Positions 26,534 to 41,283 of a DNA stretch of 64,000 nt are shown one piece after another; position 1 is the stretch's first letter, and each line of letters begins with the position of its first letter. The notes beneath the pieces were generated by a model, which saw only the letters and a list, made by a program, of their open reading frames with translations, did not search any database and had not been told where the DNA came from. Position numbers and translations under genes: made by a program. Origin of the DNA: the human T2T-CHM13v2.0 reference genome, Homo sapiens; assembly GCF_009914755.1 (NCBI RefSeq), contig NC_060947.1. The stretch is one strand, 5' to 3'.

Positions 26534-28364
26534 GCCATGGAATAAGGTAAATGAGGAAATTTAACTAATTAGAAATATGGAGAGGCAGAGTTGATTTGCA
26601 GAGTGGGATGACCCCAACTGAAGAGAAGTGGTAAGTGCTGACTCATTTTTTTCCCACATGAAAATTAGTTACAATGGATAGAGATTCATATTTAATCATA
26701 AAATTTTACATTTATTCATGCAATTACATAATACATTTACTCTCGTGATGATACAGTTCATACAATCATATGGTACATTAATCATGGAGTATTCATGACC
26801 TTAATGGCTATTTTTATTAAAAATTAGTTTTATAATAAAGTTTAGTTTTGAGAGCAAATATATTATGCCAGAAAAAAATGAAACTGGTAGCCTCTAATCA
26901 CATCACAGAGTCTGGATGGTATGGAATTTTTATCAATATGTGTTCTCTTTGCTAAATTTGACATTATTAATTACCTCCAGTATTTTACTGAAATACTTGT
27001 AACTTCAGTCACACTAGCTGTCTTCCCAGGCACTCATAATGGAGTAGCACATCCATAAAACTGTTAAATACATAACTCACCAAACAATGTTCTTCCACTT
27101 TTTTTTCAGCCATCACATTTTCTAATTTATCATTCATTTGAACAAAAATCTCCAGGATATACAGCAAGCATCAAAGTAATAGGTATAAAGATATATTTAT
27201 GGGGTATATGAGATGTTTTGATACAAGCATGCAATGTATAATAATCACATCATGTAAAATGGGGAATCCAGTCACTCCAGCATTTATCATTTGTGATTAT
27301 GAACAATGCAGTTATATTTTTAGTTATTTTAAAATGTGCAATTAAATTATGATTGAACAAAGTCACCATGTTGTGCTTTGAAACATTAGGTCTCGTTCAT
27401 TCTTTCTGTACACTATCTTTCTGTACACATTAGCTTACTCCAGTTTTCCTACAAAACTAGGAGTTTTCCTACTCAACTACTGTTCCCAGCCTCTGGTAAC
27501 CATCCTTCTACTCTATCTCCATGAGTTCCACCCTTTCGTTATTTTAGATCCCGCAAACAAGTGAGAACTTGTGATATTTGTCTTGCCGTGCCTGGCTTAT
27601 TTTACTTAGCATAGTGACTTACAGTTACATCCATGTTGTGGTAAATGACAGGATCTCAATTCTATTCATGGCTGAATAGTACTCCATTGTGAATACGTAC
27701 TGCATTTTTTTATCCGTTCATCTGTTGATGGACACTTAGCTTGCTTCCAAATCTTGGCTATTGTGAAAAGTGCTGTAACAAGCATGAGAGTGCAGATATC
27801 TCTACAATATGCTGATTTCCTTTCTTTTGAATACCCAAGAGTGAAATTGCTGGATCATATGGTAGCTCTACTTTTAGTTTTCTGAGGAACCTCCAAACTG
27901 TTCTCCATAGTGGTCGTCCTAATTTACATTCCCATCAACAGTGTACAAGGGTTCTGTTTTCTGCACATCCTCACTGGCATTTATTATTGCCTACTTTTGG
28001 ACATAGCCATTTTAACTTGGGTGAGATGATATCTCATTGTAGTTTTTATGTACATTTCTATGATGATCAACACTGTTGAGCAACTTTTCATATGAGTGCC
28101 ATTTGCATGTCTTCTTTTGGGAAATGTCTATTCAGATCCTTTGCACGTTTTTTTGAGCCAATGATTAGATTTCTTCCTGCTTTTGCTGTGTCCCATATAT
28201 TTTTGAATGTTCTGTTTCCACTATTTATGTCAAGAAAACTTTCAACATACATTTTAATTTCTTCATTGAATCACTGATCATTCAATAGCAAATTGTTTAA
28301 TTTTCATGTAGTTGTACAATTTCCAAAACTCCACTTGTTATTAAATTTTAGTTTTAATCCATTG

Positions 28365-31300
28365 TGATTAGAGCAAGTGCCCATGGCTGCAGATCCAGGA
28401 ATCCCTGTGCTCTCGGGGGCCTGGGAAGCCCCCTGCCTCTGCAGACTCAGAAGTGCCTGCTCCTGCTCTCTGCCCCTCCCCTCTCCCAGTGCATGCTCTG
28501 GTGAGCAGGAATGTTGTGGCCAAGCCCAAGTGCTGTCATGACCCGGCTGAGTGTGAGCACACTTGGAGCGGTGCTGAGACACCAAACCCCCCGCCACCTC
28601 AGCCCCCCAGATGTTGGGTGCCCACGAGCTCAGGAGGGAGGCTGGAGAACTGAGAGCAGCTCAGAGTGGGTTTTCAGGCACCCCTTGGTGCAGATAGCCT
28701 GCCCGCCATGGACAGCAAGTTGATAACAATGGGAGACAGAGAAGTTCCGAGGTGGGAGGGGCAGGTCCCCAGTGAAACCCCAATGTATTAGTGTGTTCTC
28801 ATGCTGCTGATAAAGACATAGCCAAGACAGGGAATTTATAAAGAAAAAGAGCTTTGATTAACTCACAGTTACACGTGGCTGGGGAGGACTCATAATCATG
28901 GCAGAAGGTGGAAAGCACATCTTACCTGGTGGGAGACAAGAGAGAACTTGTGCAGGCAAACTCCCCTTTAAAAAACCCTCAGATCTCATGAGATGTATTC
29001 ACTTTCACGAGAACAGCATGAGAAAGACGTGCCTCCATGATTCAATTACCTCCCACTGGGTTACTTCCACGACAGGTGGGAATTGTGGAAGCTGTAATTC
29101 AAGAAATTTGGGTAGGGACACAGCCAAACCACATCATTTCACCCCTGACCCCTCCCAAATCTCATGTCCTCACATTTCAAAACCAATCATGCCTTCCCAA
29201 CAGTCCCCGAAAGACTTAACTCATTTCAACATTGACTCAAAAGCCCACAATCCAAAGTCTCGTCTGAGACAAAACAAGTCCCTTCTGTCTATGAGCCTGT
29301 AAAATCAGAAGCAAGTTAGTTACTCCCTAGATACAATGTGGGTACAGGCATTAAGTAAATAGAGCCATACCAAATGGGATAAATTGGCCAAAACAAAGGG
29401 GCTACTACAGGCCCCATGAAAGTCCAAAATCCAATAGGGCAGTCATTTTTTAAAACTTCAAAATGATCTCCTTTGACTCTATGTCTGACATCCAGGTCAT
29501 GATGATGCAAGAGGTGGGTTCCCATGGTCTTGGACAGCTCTGACCCTGTGGCATTGCAGAGTACAGCTTCCCTTCATGCTGCTTGCAGGAGCTGGCATTG
29601 AGTGTCTGTTGCTTTTCCAGGTGTACAGTGCATGCCATTAGTGAATCTTCCATTCTGGGGTCTGGAAGATCATGGCCCTCTTCTCACAGATCCACTAGGC
29701 AGTGCCCCAGTGGGAGCTCTGTATGTGGCCTTCAACCCCACACTTCCCTTCCAAACTGCCCTAGTAGAGGTTCTCCATGAGGGTCCCTCCAAACTGCCCT
29801 AGCAGGGGTTCTTCATGAGGGCCCTGCCCCTGCTGCAAACTTCTGCCTGTACAACCAGACACTTCTATATATCCTCTGAAATTTAGGCAGAGGTTCCCAA
29901 ACCTCAATTCTTGACTTCTGTGCACCCACAGGCTCAACACCACATGGAAGCTCCCAAGGCTTGGTTGGGGCTTGCACCCTCTGAAGCCATGTCCCAAATT
30001 GTACCTTGACCTATTTTAGCCATGATTAGAGTGGCTGGGATGAAGATAACCAAGTCCTTAGACTGCACAAAGCAGGGTGGTCCTGAGCCCAGCCCACAAA
30101 ACCATTTTTCCCTTCTAGTCCTCCAGGCCTGTGATTGGATGGGCTGCTGCAAAACTTTCTGACATGTCCTGGAGACATTTTCCCCACTGTCTTTGCGATT
30201 AACATTTGTCTCCTTGTTACGTATGCAAATTTCTGCAGCTAGTTTGAATTTCTCCTCAGAAAATGGATTTTTCTTTTCTATTATATCATCAAGCTACAAA
30301 TTTTCCGAACTTTTATGCTGTATTTCTTTTAAAACTGAATGCTTCTTACAGCACCCAAGTCATATCTTGAATACTTTGCTGCTTAGAAATTTCTTCCATC
30401 AGATACCCTAAATTATCTCTATCATGATCAAAGTTCCCCAAATCTCTAGGGCAGGGGCAAAATGCCACCAGTCTTTTTGCTAAAACATAGCAAGAGTCAT
30501 CTTTACTCCAGTTCCCAACAAGTTCCTCATCTCCATCTGAGACCACCTCAGCCTGGATTTCATTGCTCATATCATTATCAGCATTTTTGTCAAAACCATT
30601 CAACAAGTCTCTTAAAGTTCCAAACTTTCCCACATCTTCCTGTATTCCTCTGAGTCCTCCAAATGGTTACAACCTCTGCCTGTTACCCAGTACCAAAGTC
30701 ACTTCCACATTTTCGGGCATCTTTACAGCAACACCCCACTACCAGTACCAGTTTTCTGTATTAGTCCATTTGCATGCTGCTGATAAAGACAGGACCAAGC
30801 CTGGGTAATTTATAAATAAAAGAAGATTTAATGGACTCACTGCTCCACATCGCTGGGTAGGCTTCACAACCATGGTGGAATGTGGAAGGCACATCTTACA
30901 TGGTGTCAGACAAGACAGAACTTGTGCAGGGGCACTCCCCTTTATAAAACCATCAGATTTACTGAGATTTATTCTGCATCATGCGAAGAGTATAGGAAGG
31001 ACCCAACCCCATGATTCAATTACTTCCCACTTGGTCCCTCCCACAACATGTGGGAATTGTGGGAGCTACAATTCAAGATGAGATTTTGGTAGGGACACAG
31101 CCAAAGCACATCACCCACCTACAAGCCAGGGATGGCCTGAAGCCTGGGGACCCAGTTCCACATGCAGTCTGCAACCCAGAGTGAGAATTTCCCTGATGCC
31201 TTTCAGCCAATCAGATGGTGCTGTTTCAGGCTGGCTCATGGCTGCCCATGGACCAATCAGTACACACTTTCTCCCTTCTGAGCCCATAAAAACCCTAGAC

Positions 31301-32377
31301 TCAGCCAGACTCAGAGATTCACTGGGAGACCTGCCTGTGGATAGGAGTTACTCAGTTCGGGTCTCCTCTACACTCATTCAGAAGACCTTCCAGCAGATAG
31401 GAACTACCCACTCAGGCTTCCTCTCTGCTGAGAGCTGTTCGGTCACTCAGTAGAGCTCCTCTCTGCCTTGCTTACCCTCCAGTTATCCATGTGACCTCAT
31501 TCTTCCTGGACGCAGGATAAGAACTTGGGAGCCACCAACCGGCAGGAGTGAAAGGAGCTGTAAGATATTCCTGGCTGACTCACCAAGCTTTCAGTGGTGA
31601 CATGCTCCTGGACTGTGAGAGTGAAGAGTGGCGACACTTCTGGGGGCCCAGACCGCAGGAATCCCTGAGCCAGAGCTTCTGTAACACTCTAGCATTTCCT
31701 TCCTCTGCCAGTGCCAGGTGGTGGCCCTACGCATTGGAAAGTAGCATCATGGCAGGGCCAGACCAGGAGCCATCGAGTAGAGAGGCAGGATTGAAAGATC
31801 AGTAATACAAATGGGATGGATCATACCCCTCACACCCCCTCTCCCCACCACCACTCACTGCCCTTTGGCAACAAGAGGGACAGAAGAGTTGCAACCCTTC
31901 TGGGAGCCCAGACCTCAGGGCTCCCTGAGACAGGACTGTAACATGCATAACAACCTTTTTGGGGCTCTGTGGTTCCTGACATCTCCAAGCTTTTGGGCAC
32001 CACCACATTTCTCTTCCCCAGACATTGATCCCTGCAGTGGAATCTGCTTGCGGTATGTCTGGTCCAGCTTCAGCCTTACACAGAGTTGGTTCCTGTGCTG
32101 GTGCCTGGAGCTGTCTGCCCCTCCCCAGCAGCTAGCATGCCTGGCTGTGCACAGTGGTTGGACCCTGTGTGCTTGCTTACTCACACACCCTTCATCACTC
32201 TGTGCCTGGCTTGCCCTTGGCAGGTGTGGGATCCAGGCCACTAGCATGAGCCAAGTGCAGCCTGCCAGGCTGAGTGGGCAGAAAAAGCCCAGCAGGTGCA
32301 AGCAAAACTCACACAGAGGCATTGTCAATCACAGAGGCTTCTGGCTGGTGAAGTGGTAGCCAAAGGATTCTTTGACA
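28365..32377 (+). mobile_element. MER52-family (ERV1) long LTR split by THE1 (pieces 28365-28783 and 31114-32377)
   Basis: GC-rich MER52 motifs: gaaacccca.ct.caagccagggatggcctgaagcctgggg, ccaatcag, cccataaaaaccc, cacagaggcttctggctgg...gaca. Confidence 0.82.
28784..31113 (-). mobile_element. Full-length THE1 (THE1B-like) MaLR provirus: LTR 28784-29136, internal 29137-30756, LTR 30757-31113
   Basis: Two LTRs tgtattagt...gctgctgataaagac...ggacacagccaaa.cacatca; 1.6-kb internal region homologous to the MST internal at 453-1953; TSD cccaa/cccac. Confidence 0.95.
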
Positions 32378-33507
32378 GTTTCTTTGTGAATTTTCTGTCT
32401 GAAAGACCTATTCAGTGCTGAAGGTGGGTTGTTGAAGTTTCCATCTATTATTACACTGAGACCTATCTCTCTCTTTATCTCTAATATTTCCTTTATATAT
32501 CTGACTGTTTCAGTGTTGGGTGCATATATATTTAAAATTGTTATATGCTCTTGCTGAATTGACCCCTGTATTATTATATAGTAACATTCTTTTTCTCTTA
32601 TGGTTTTTGTCTGAAATGCATTTTAGCTAATATAAGTATAGCAACTCCTCTTTTTTGGTTTCCATTGGCATGGAATATCTGTTTCTATCCTTTTCATTTC
32701 AGTCTGTGTGTGTCTTTATAGATGAAGTGTGTTTCTTGTAGGCAACAGATAATTGGACCTTCTTTTTTATCCATTTGGTCATCCTACGTCTTTTCATTGG
32801 AGAGTGTAGTCCATTTAAATTCAGTGTTATTATTGATAACTAAGGACTTACTTATCCTATTTTGTTATTGTTTCTGATTATTTTGTGGTCTTCACTATTT
32901 TTCTTTTCTTGCTGTCTTCTGTTGATTGAAGGTGATTTTCTATGGTGATATAATTTAGTTTTTTACTTCTTTATTTTTTGTGTATGCTTTGTGTTTTATT
33001 TTGTGTTATGAAGTTACCGTGAGGCTTGAAAATTCTATTATATAAACCATTATTTTAATTTGATAACCTAAGACTTTTTGTGTAAACAACCAAAAAGAAA
33101 ACTATAATATTCTATGCCTTACATTTTCCCTCTGCTTTTTAACTTTTTGTTGTTTCTATTTATATCTTCTTGTATGCTCTATGTCTTAAAAAGTTGTTGC
33201 CATTATTATTTTTAATTGGTTCCTTATTTAGTCTTCCTACTTGAGATAAGATTAATTTACTTGTCACAGCCACATTGTTATAATATTCTGTCTTTTTCTA
33301 TTTACTTAATCAGTGAGTTTTGTGTCTTCAGAGAATTTATTATTACTTTTTATTACTAATCTCCTATTCTTTCTGAATGAAATACTCCCTTTAGCAGTTC
33401 TTGTAGGATAGGTCTGGTGTTGATGAAATCACTCAGCATTTATTTCTCTGGGAAGGTCTTTATCTCTCCTTTATTCTTGACAATATTTTCACCAGATATA
33501 CTTTTCT

Positions 33508-34988
33508 TTTTTTTTATTCTACTTTAAGTTCTAGGGTACATGTGCACAATGTGCAGGTTTGTTACATATGTATACATGTGCCATGTTGGTGTGTTGCACC
33601 CATTAACTTGTCATTTAGCATTAGTTATATCTCCCAAAGCTATCCCTCCCCCCTCCCCCCACCCCACAACAGTCCCCAGAATGTGATGTTCCCCTTCCTG
33701 TGTCCATGTGTTCTCATTGTTCAGTTCCCACCTATGAGTGAGAATATGCGGTGTTTGGTTTTCTGTCCTTGCGATAGTTTGCTCAGAATGATGATTTCCA
33801 GCTTCATCCATGTCCCTACAAAGAACATGAACTCATCCTTTTTTATGGCTGCATAGTGTTCCATCTTGTATATGTGCCACATTTTCTTTATCCAGTCTAT
33901 CATTGGTGGATATTTGGGTTGTTTCCAAGTCTTTGCTATTGTGAATAGTGCCACAATAAACATACGTGTGCATGTGTCTTTACAGCAGCATGATTTATAA
34001 TCCTTTGGATATATACTCAGTAATGGGATGGCTGGGTCAAATGGTATTTCTAGTTCTAGATCCTTGAGGAATCGCCACACTGTCTTCCACAATGGTTGAA
34101 CTAGTTTACAGTCCCACCAACAGTGTAAAAGTGTTCCTATTTCTCCACATCCTCTCCAGCACCTGTTGTTTCCTGACTTTTTAATGATCACCATTCTAAC
34201 TGCTGTGAGATGGTATCTCATTGTGGTTTTGATTTGCATTTCTCTGATGGCCAGTGATTATGAGCATTTTTTCATGTGTCTGTTGGCTGCATAAATGTCT
34301 TCTTTTGAGAAGTGTCTGTTCATATCCTTCACCCACTTTTTGATGGTGTTGTTTGTTTTTTTCTTGTAAATTTGTTTAAGTTATTTGTAGATTCTGGATA
34401 TTAGCCCTTTGTCAGATAGGCAGATTGTAAAATTTTTCTCCCATTCTGTAGGTTGCCTATTCACTCTGATGGTAGTTTCTTTTGCTGTGCAGAAGCTCTT
34501 GAGTTTAATTAGATCCTATTTGTCAATTTTGGCTTTTGTTGCCATTGCTTTTGGTGTTTTAGTCATGAAGTCCTTGCCCATGCCTATGTCCTGAATGGTA
34601 TTGCCTAGGTTTTCTTCTAAGGTTTTTATGGTTTTAGGTCTAACATTTAAGTCTTTAATCCATCTTGAGTTAATTTTTGTATAAAGTGTAAGGAAGGGAT
34701 CCAGTTTCAGCTTTCTACATATGGCTAGCCAGTTTTCCCAGCACCGTTTATTAAATAGGGAATCCTTTCCCCATTGCTTCTTTTCATCAGGTTTGTCAAA
34801 AATCAGATGGTTGTAGATGTGTGGTATTATTTCTGAGGGCTTTGTTCTGTTCCATTGGTCTATCTCTCTGTTTTGGTACCAGCACCATGCTGTTTTGGCT
34901 ACTGTAGCCTTGTAGTATAGTTTGAAGTCAGGTAGCATGATGCCTCCAGCTTTGTTTTTTTGGCTTAGGATTGTCTTGTCAATGCTTA
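33508..34988 (-). mobile_element. L1PA (PA5/6-like) 5'-truncated insertion
   Basis: ORF2 C-terminal remnants 33721-34239 and 34516-34938; exact 17-bp TSD accagatatacttttct (33491-33507, 34989-35005). Confidence 0.96.
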
Positions 34989-37900
34989 ACCAGATATACT
35001 TTTCTAATGCTTAAGATTTTTTCCTTCAGCAATTTAAATATGTCACACCATTCTCTCCTGACCTCTAAAGTATCCACTAAAAAGTCTGCTGCCAAATGAA
35101 TTGCAGCTCCATTGTATGTTATTTGTTTCTTTTCTCTTGCTGCTTTTAGGAGACTTTCTTTATACTTGACCTTTGGGAGTTTGATTATCAATTGCCTTGA
35201 GGTAGTCATCTTTGGGTTAAATCTGTGTGGTGTTCTATGATCTTCTTGTAGTTGAATATTGATATCGTTCTTCAGGTTTGAGAAGTTCTTTGTTATTATC
35301 CCTCTGATTAAACTTTCTACCTCTATCTCTGTCTCTACCTCCTCTTTAAGGTTCAATAACTCTTAAATTTGCTCTTTTGAGGCTATTTTCTAGATCTTAT
35401 AGCTGTGCTTTATTGTTTTTTATTATTTTTTCTTTAGTCTCATCTGTGTATTTTGAAACAGCCTGTTCTCAAGCTCACTAATTCTTTCTACTGCTTGATC
35501 AATTCTGCTATTAAAAGAGTATGATACATTCATCATTATGCCAATCTCTGTTTCTCCAGGATTGATACTTGGTGCCTTATTTAGTTTGTTTGGTGAGGTC
35601 ATGTTTTCCTGGATGGTCTTGGTATTTTTAGATGTTCTTCTGTGTCTGGGCATTGAAGAGTTAACTATTTCTTGTAGTCTTGAGCTTGTTTGGAACTATC
35701 TTTCTTGTGAAAGGCTTGCAGATATTATAATTGACTTAAGTGTTGTGTTATAAGCTAAATCTGCTTTAGGGAGTACTTCAAGCCAATTAACATTGTATTT
35801 CTTACAGACTCTTAGAGGTACCACCTTGATGGTCTTGGACCAGATCCGGGAGAATCTGCTGGATTACCAAGCAGAGATTCTTGTTCTCTTTCCTTACTTT
35901 ATCTCAAACAAACAGAGTCTGTCTCTCTGTTGTGAGCCACCTGGAGCTGAGCTTGGAGTGGCACAAGCACCCCATTTCCCACCACTTTTAGGATTGCATT
36001 GGGTCAGTCCCGAAGCCAGCACAGCACTGGGTCTCACTGAATGACTGCTGTAACCACTCCCTTGTTGTGGCCTATATTCACTCAAAGCCCTGGGGCTCTA
36101 TACTCAGCAGGTGGCAAAGCCTGCCAGGTCTGTGCCCTTCACTTCAGGGTGGCAACTTCCCTCAGTCCTCAACGGTTCCAACTGTGCCATCTGGGAACCA
36201 GAGACTAGATTCAAAAACTTTAGAATTCCACATAGCGTTCTACTGTATTGTGACTGAGCTGGCACACAAACCACAAGACACTGTTATTCCCCCTCTTCTC
36301 TCTCTTTTCCAAAGGCGGAGGAGACTCACACTGTGGTGACTCCCACCATACGCCCACAGGAAGAATTGCAAGACTACTGCTGGTGTTCACTTAAGGCCTA
36401 TGGACTCTTCAGGCAGCTTGGGGTTAATGATACCCGGCCTAGGACTCACCGTTCAGGGCAGTGGGCTCCCCCTAGCCCAGGGCAGGTCTAAAAATGCCCT
36501 CCAGGAGGCAAGTCATGGAACTAGGTATCTAAGAGCCCACATGTTGCTCTACCTTCCTGTGGCTGATCTCGTACCTAAGTTGAAAGAGAAAGTCCCCTTT
36601 ACCTTTTCCTCCACTTTTCACAAGTGGAAAGAGTCTTGACCCATAGCTACTACCACTGGGAATGTACTGAGTCTTTTCTGAAGCCAGCAAGTCTCAGAGT
36701 CTCACCCAATACCCTTGACACAGTACCTGGATATTGCTGCTGGTTATTCAGGGCCTAAAGTATCTTCAGTGAGCAGGTGACGAATACTGCGATTAAGGCA
36801 TTCTTCTCTTCAAGGCACTGGTTTTCCTTCTGGCCCAAGGTGTGTCTGGAATTGTTGTCCTGAAGCTAGGGGCTAGAAAGGGGGCCCCATGACTCTGTTT
36901 TGTACTCTATTCTGCTGTAGCTGACATGATATCCTAGATGCAAGACAAACTCCTCCCCACTTTTTCCTCTCCTCTCCTCAAGCAGAAAGAAGAGATCTCT
37001 TTTGGCACTACGAGCTATGAAATCTGGGGTTAAGGAAGGGGTTATGTCGGCATTCCCTTAGCCATACTGGCTGGTGTCTCAGTAAATGCATGCCCCCCAC
37101 CCCGCCCCACTGTGGCCCATTCCTGGCTCTTATTCCAGAGGTGCTGCAGTCCTTGTGGACTAGACTGCCTTTCAAATTTACTTGGAGCCGCGCAACCCTT
37201 TAGCCAGTGGTAGTGAGGCTTGTGGGAACTCAAGTTCAGACCACTGGGATCAGTGACTACCCTCTGGCTAGGGGCTCATTTAAATACTCCCTCTGTGGGT
37301 GGTTGTCACCTGAGTTTGCTCTGGTTTTGTTTTCTGCTGTAACAGGGCAGTCCTACGTTCAATGCCTCACAGTTGCTGCACTCTCTCTCTTCCCAGTGCA
37401 CAGAAATGCTCTCCACCCAAAGCTGCTTCTACTGGTGGATGTGGGAGGGAGTGGCATCAGAAATTTAAAACTTTTTTATATCTCTTTAATGCCTCTTTCA
37501 GCAAGATGAGGTTAAAACCAGGTACCGTTAGTGTTCACTCACCTGATTTTTGGTCCTTATGAAGGTACTTTTTATGGGTAAATAGTTGTTAAATTGTTGT
37601 CCTTATTGGGGAGGGTGTGGCACTCATTAGAGCCTTCTATTCTACCATCTTGCTTCAACCTCACTCCTGATTGAGTTTATTTAATTTTCAATTCCAAAGT
37701 AAAATTCTTATCTGATTAAGCATTTTTTAATCAGTTATTTCAAATCAATATAGGCTGTTAGTGCACCTACTATGGAAGAATCTGTGATCAGATATTTCAC
37801 TGTCATTTTCCACAGGAAAAATTTGCTTTCTCAGGCGTCATTGGCTACCTTACAGAAACTTGAATGGCCTTAGCCACTTTCTCTCATAACAATACATGGC

Positions 37901-38144
37901 TGTAATTATTTGTGCTGTTAATTTAGTTCCAGAAGGCCAGCTTTTTTGAAAGAGTCAGGCTTCAGCTGACCCAAGTCCCCTTGGCTCAGTAACAAAGCCC
38001 TCAACAATTGCCTAGCTTTTGCCCCAAATTATGGAGAAATCACAAATTAAAACCAAAAGGAAAATATTTTTTAAAAATCAAAATTCAGACCCCTTTGTTT
38101 CTAATTAGATCATCTTATAAAAGATACACATTAGTAATTCAATA

Positions 38145-38450
38145 ATATATAACCATGCAAATTTATGTGTAATTTTAGATTTTTTAGTAAACACAGTACA
38201 AAAAAAAAGAAACAGGGATGATTAATCTTAATAACATATTTTATTTGACTAAATATATCTAAAAAATTATTTCACCATGTAATCTATACGAATTATTAAT
38301 AAGACATTTTACCTTTATTTTATTTTTATATTAAGTATTCAAAATCCAGTCCCTATTTTACTCTTAGAGCATATCTCAATTCTGACTGGCCACATTTCAA
38401 GTGATCAATAGACACATGTGGTTAATAGCCACTGCATTGGATAGCACAGA
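38145..38450. mobile_element. MER33/MER3-like hAT-Charlie element
   Basis: End gccacatttcaagtgatcaatagacacatgtgg..a.tagccactgcattggatagcacag. Confidence 0.75.
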
Positions 38451-38707
38451 TCTAAATCATTTAAGATAGGTGAAATATGTTACCTTTAAAAAATAGATTC
38501 TTTACACTTCTAAAGTTTGGGTACATTGATAGAAAGAAATTCTTCCTCATGCATCAACTGAAACAGTCACTTTTGGCCTTATTTTAAAATCATTTGCTAT
38601 TTTTTCATTCTGGCAAAACTAGGAAACTACTGTTTATATTTTACCATAAAACAATCATTTCATGTGATTAAATAAGAATAATAGTAATGTCGATTTTTTG
38701 TATGTGT

Positions 38708-38764
38708 CACATTTTCAAGTGCACATATTTCAAGTGCACATTTTCAAGTACACATATTCAAGTG
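38708..38764. repeat. ~14-bp minisatellite (cacattttcaagtg) x4
   Basis: Direct reading. Confidence 0.85.
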
Positions 38765-38814
38765 TGTATATATATACACGTACACACATACACATATTAT
38801 ATATATATAAACTA

Positions 38815-38982
38815 ATTTATCCCAGTAACTCTATGAGGTTGGTATTATTTTTATCATCTTCACTTTAGAATTGAGGCAATGAGAGGTAAAGTAACTTGCC
38901 TGAAATCACATGAATATTTAGTAAAACCTGTTTTTAAACCAAGGAAGTCTGTCTGTAGAGTCCTTGATTTTGACCACTACCC
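38815..38982 (-). mobile_element. MIR
   Basis: aactctatgaggttggtattatt...cactttag...gagaggtaaagtaacttgcctgaaatcaca. Confidence 0.7.
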
Positions 38983-39603
38983 TTAAATATCTTCAGAAAA
39001 CATTCAACTCATTCATTGATGTGCAATATTGTTGGATAAATGTACTTGCAGGCTGAGAAAATGTTCCATAAAATGGACTTGAGAATTTTAATGCAACAGT
39101 TTAATGTTTACTTACTATTATTTATATTGAAACTAATTCCATTTCTCTTAGGTAATTCACTTTGTTTTGTTTTTGACTTTAGCAAACCATAAAGTTATTT
39201 AAGTAGCAGCAAAAATATGTATCTTTATCACTGTCTCTATCTCTCTATCTCTCTCACTGTATGTATGTATGCATGTATGTATGTATATAATTATTTTAAT
39301 TAAACATTATATAATTATTTTAATTAAACATTTATGCTCTGGAGGCTAGGCAAATAAATATGCTTGCAGATTAGAGAAGTTTATAAAAACTGCTAGTTGA
39401 AATCCAGCCATCTTTCCTGTAATTCTTTCACAAACCCAGATGACAAATCAAATGTTATGGTGTTACAAGAAAAGTAAATCAGCAAAACAAAACATTTATT
39501 TGAGTGTTCATGGTGGACAGAGAATATTATTCTAAATACATTCATGTTCTTGTCTGTGTATTTAATATCAAAACAGACTTTCATTCAAGAAAATCTAAGG
39601 TGG

Positions 39604-41283
<1,680 letters not shown>

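Larger units (their letters stand above)
27180..37668 (-). mobile_element. Near full-length old L1 (L1MA/L1M1-like) with internal deletions, interrupted by MER52, THE1 and L1PA
   Basis: 3'UTR/ORF2 at 27180-28365, ORF2 5' part and inter-ORF at 32378-33507, ORF1 remnants 34979-35356 (LKAAREKKQITYNG) and 35423-35653, long 5'UTR ending ...ttctaccatcttgct. Confidence 0.85.

Noticed and set aside
31811-32359. 182-aa and 137-aa overlapping ORFs
   Set aside because: They fall in a GC-rich MER52 LTR where stops are rare, and show no recognisable domain.
38708-38764. Short repeat array as CRISPR-like
   Set aside because: The 14-bp units are head-to-tail with no spacers, the context is eukaryotic, and there are no cas genes.
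39286-39332. Direct repeat tataattattttaattaaacatt x2
   Set aside because: This is an ordinary slippage duplication next to a (TATG)n tract.
35006-39586. Spacer between the inverted L1s is currently inverted
   Set aside because: Both L1s retain matching TSDs and the host L1MA continues collinearly across the left L1PA, so this haplotype has the ancestral orientation.
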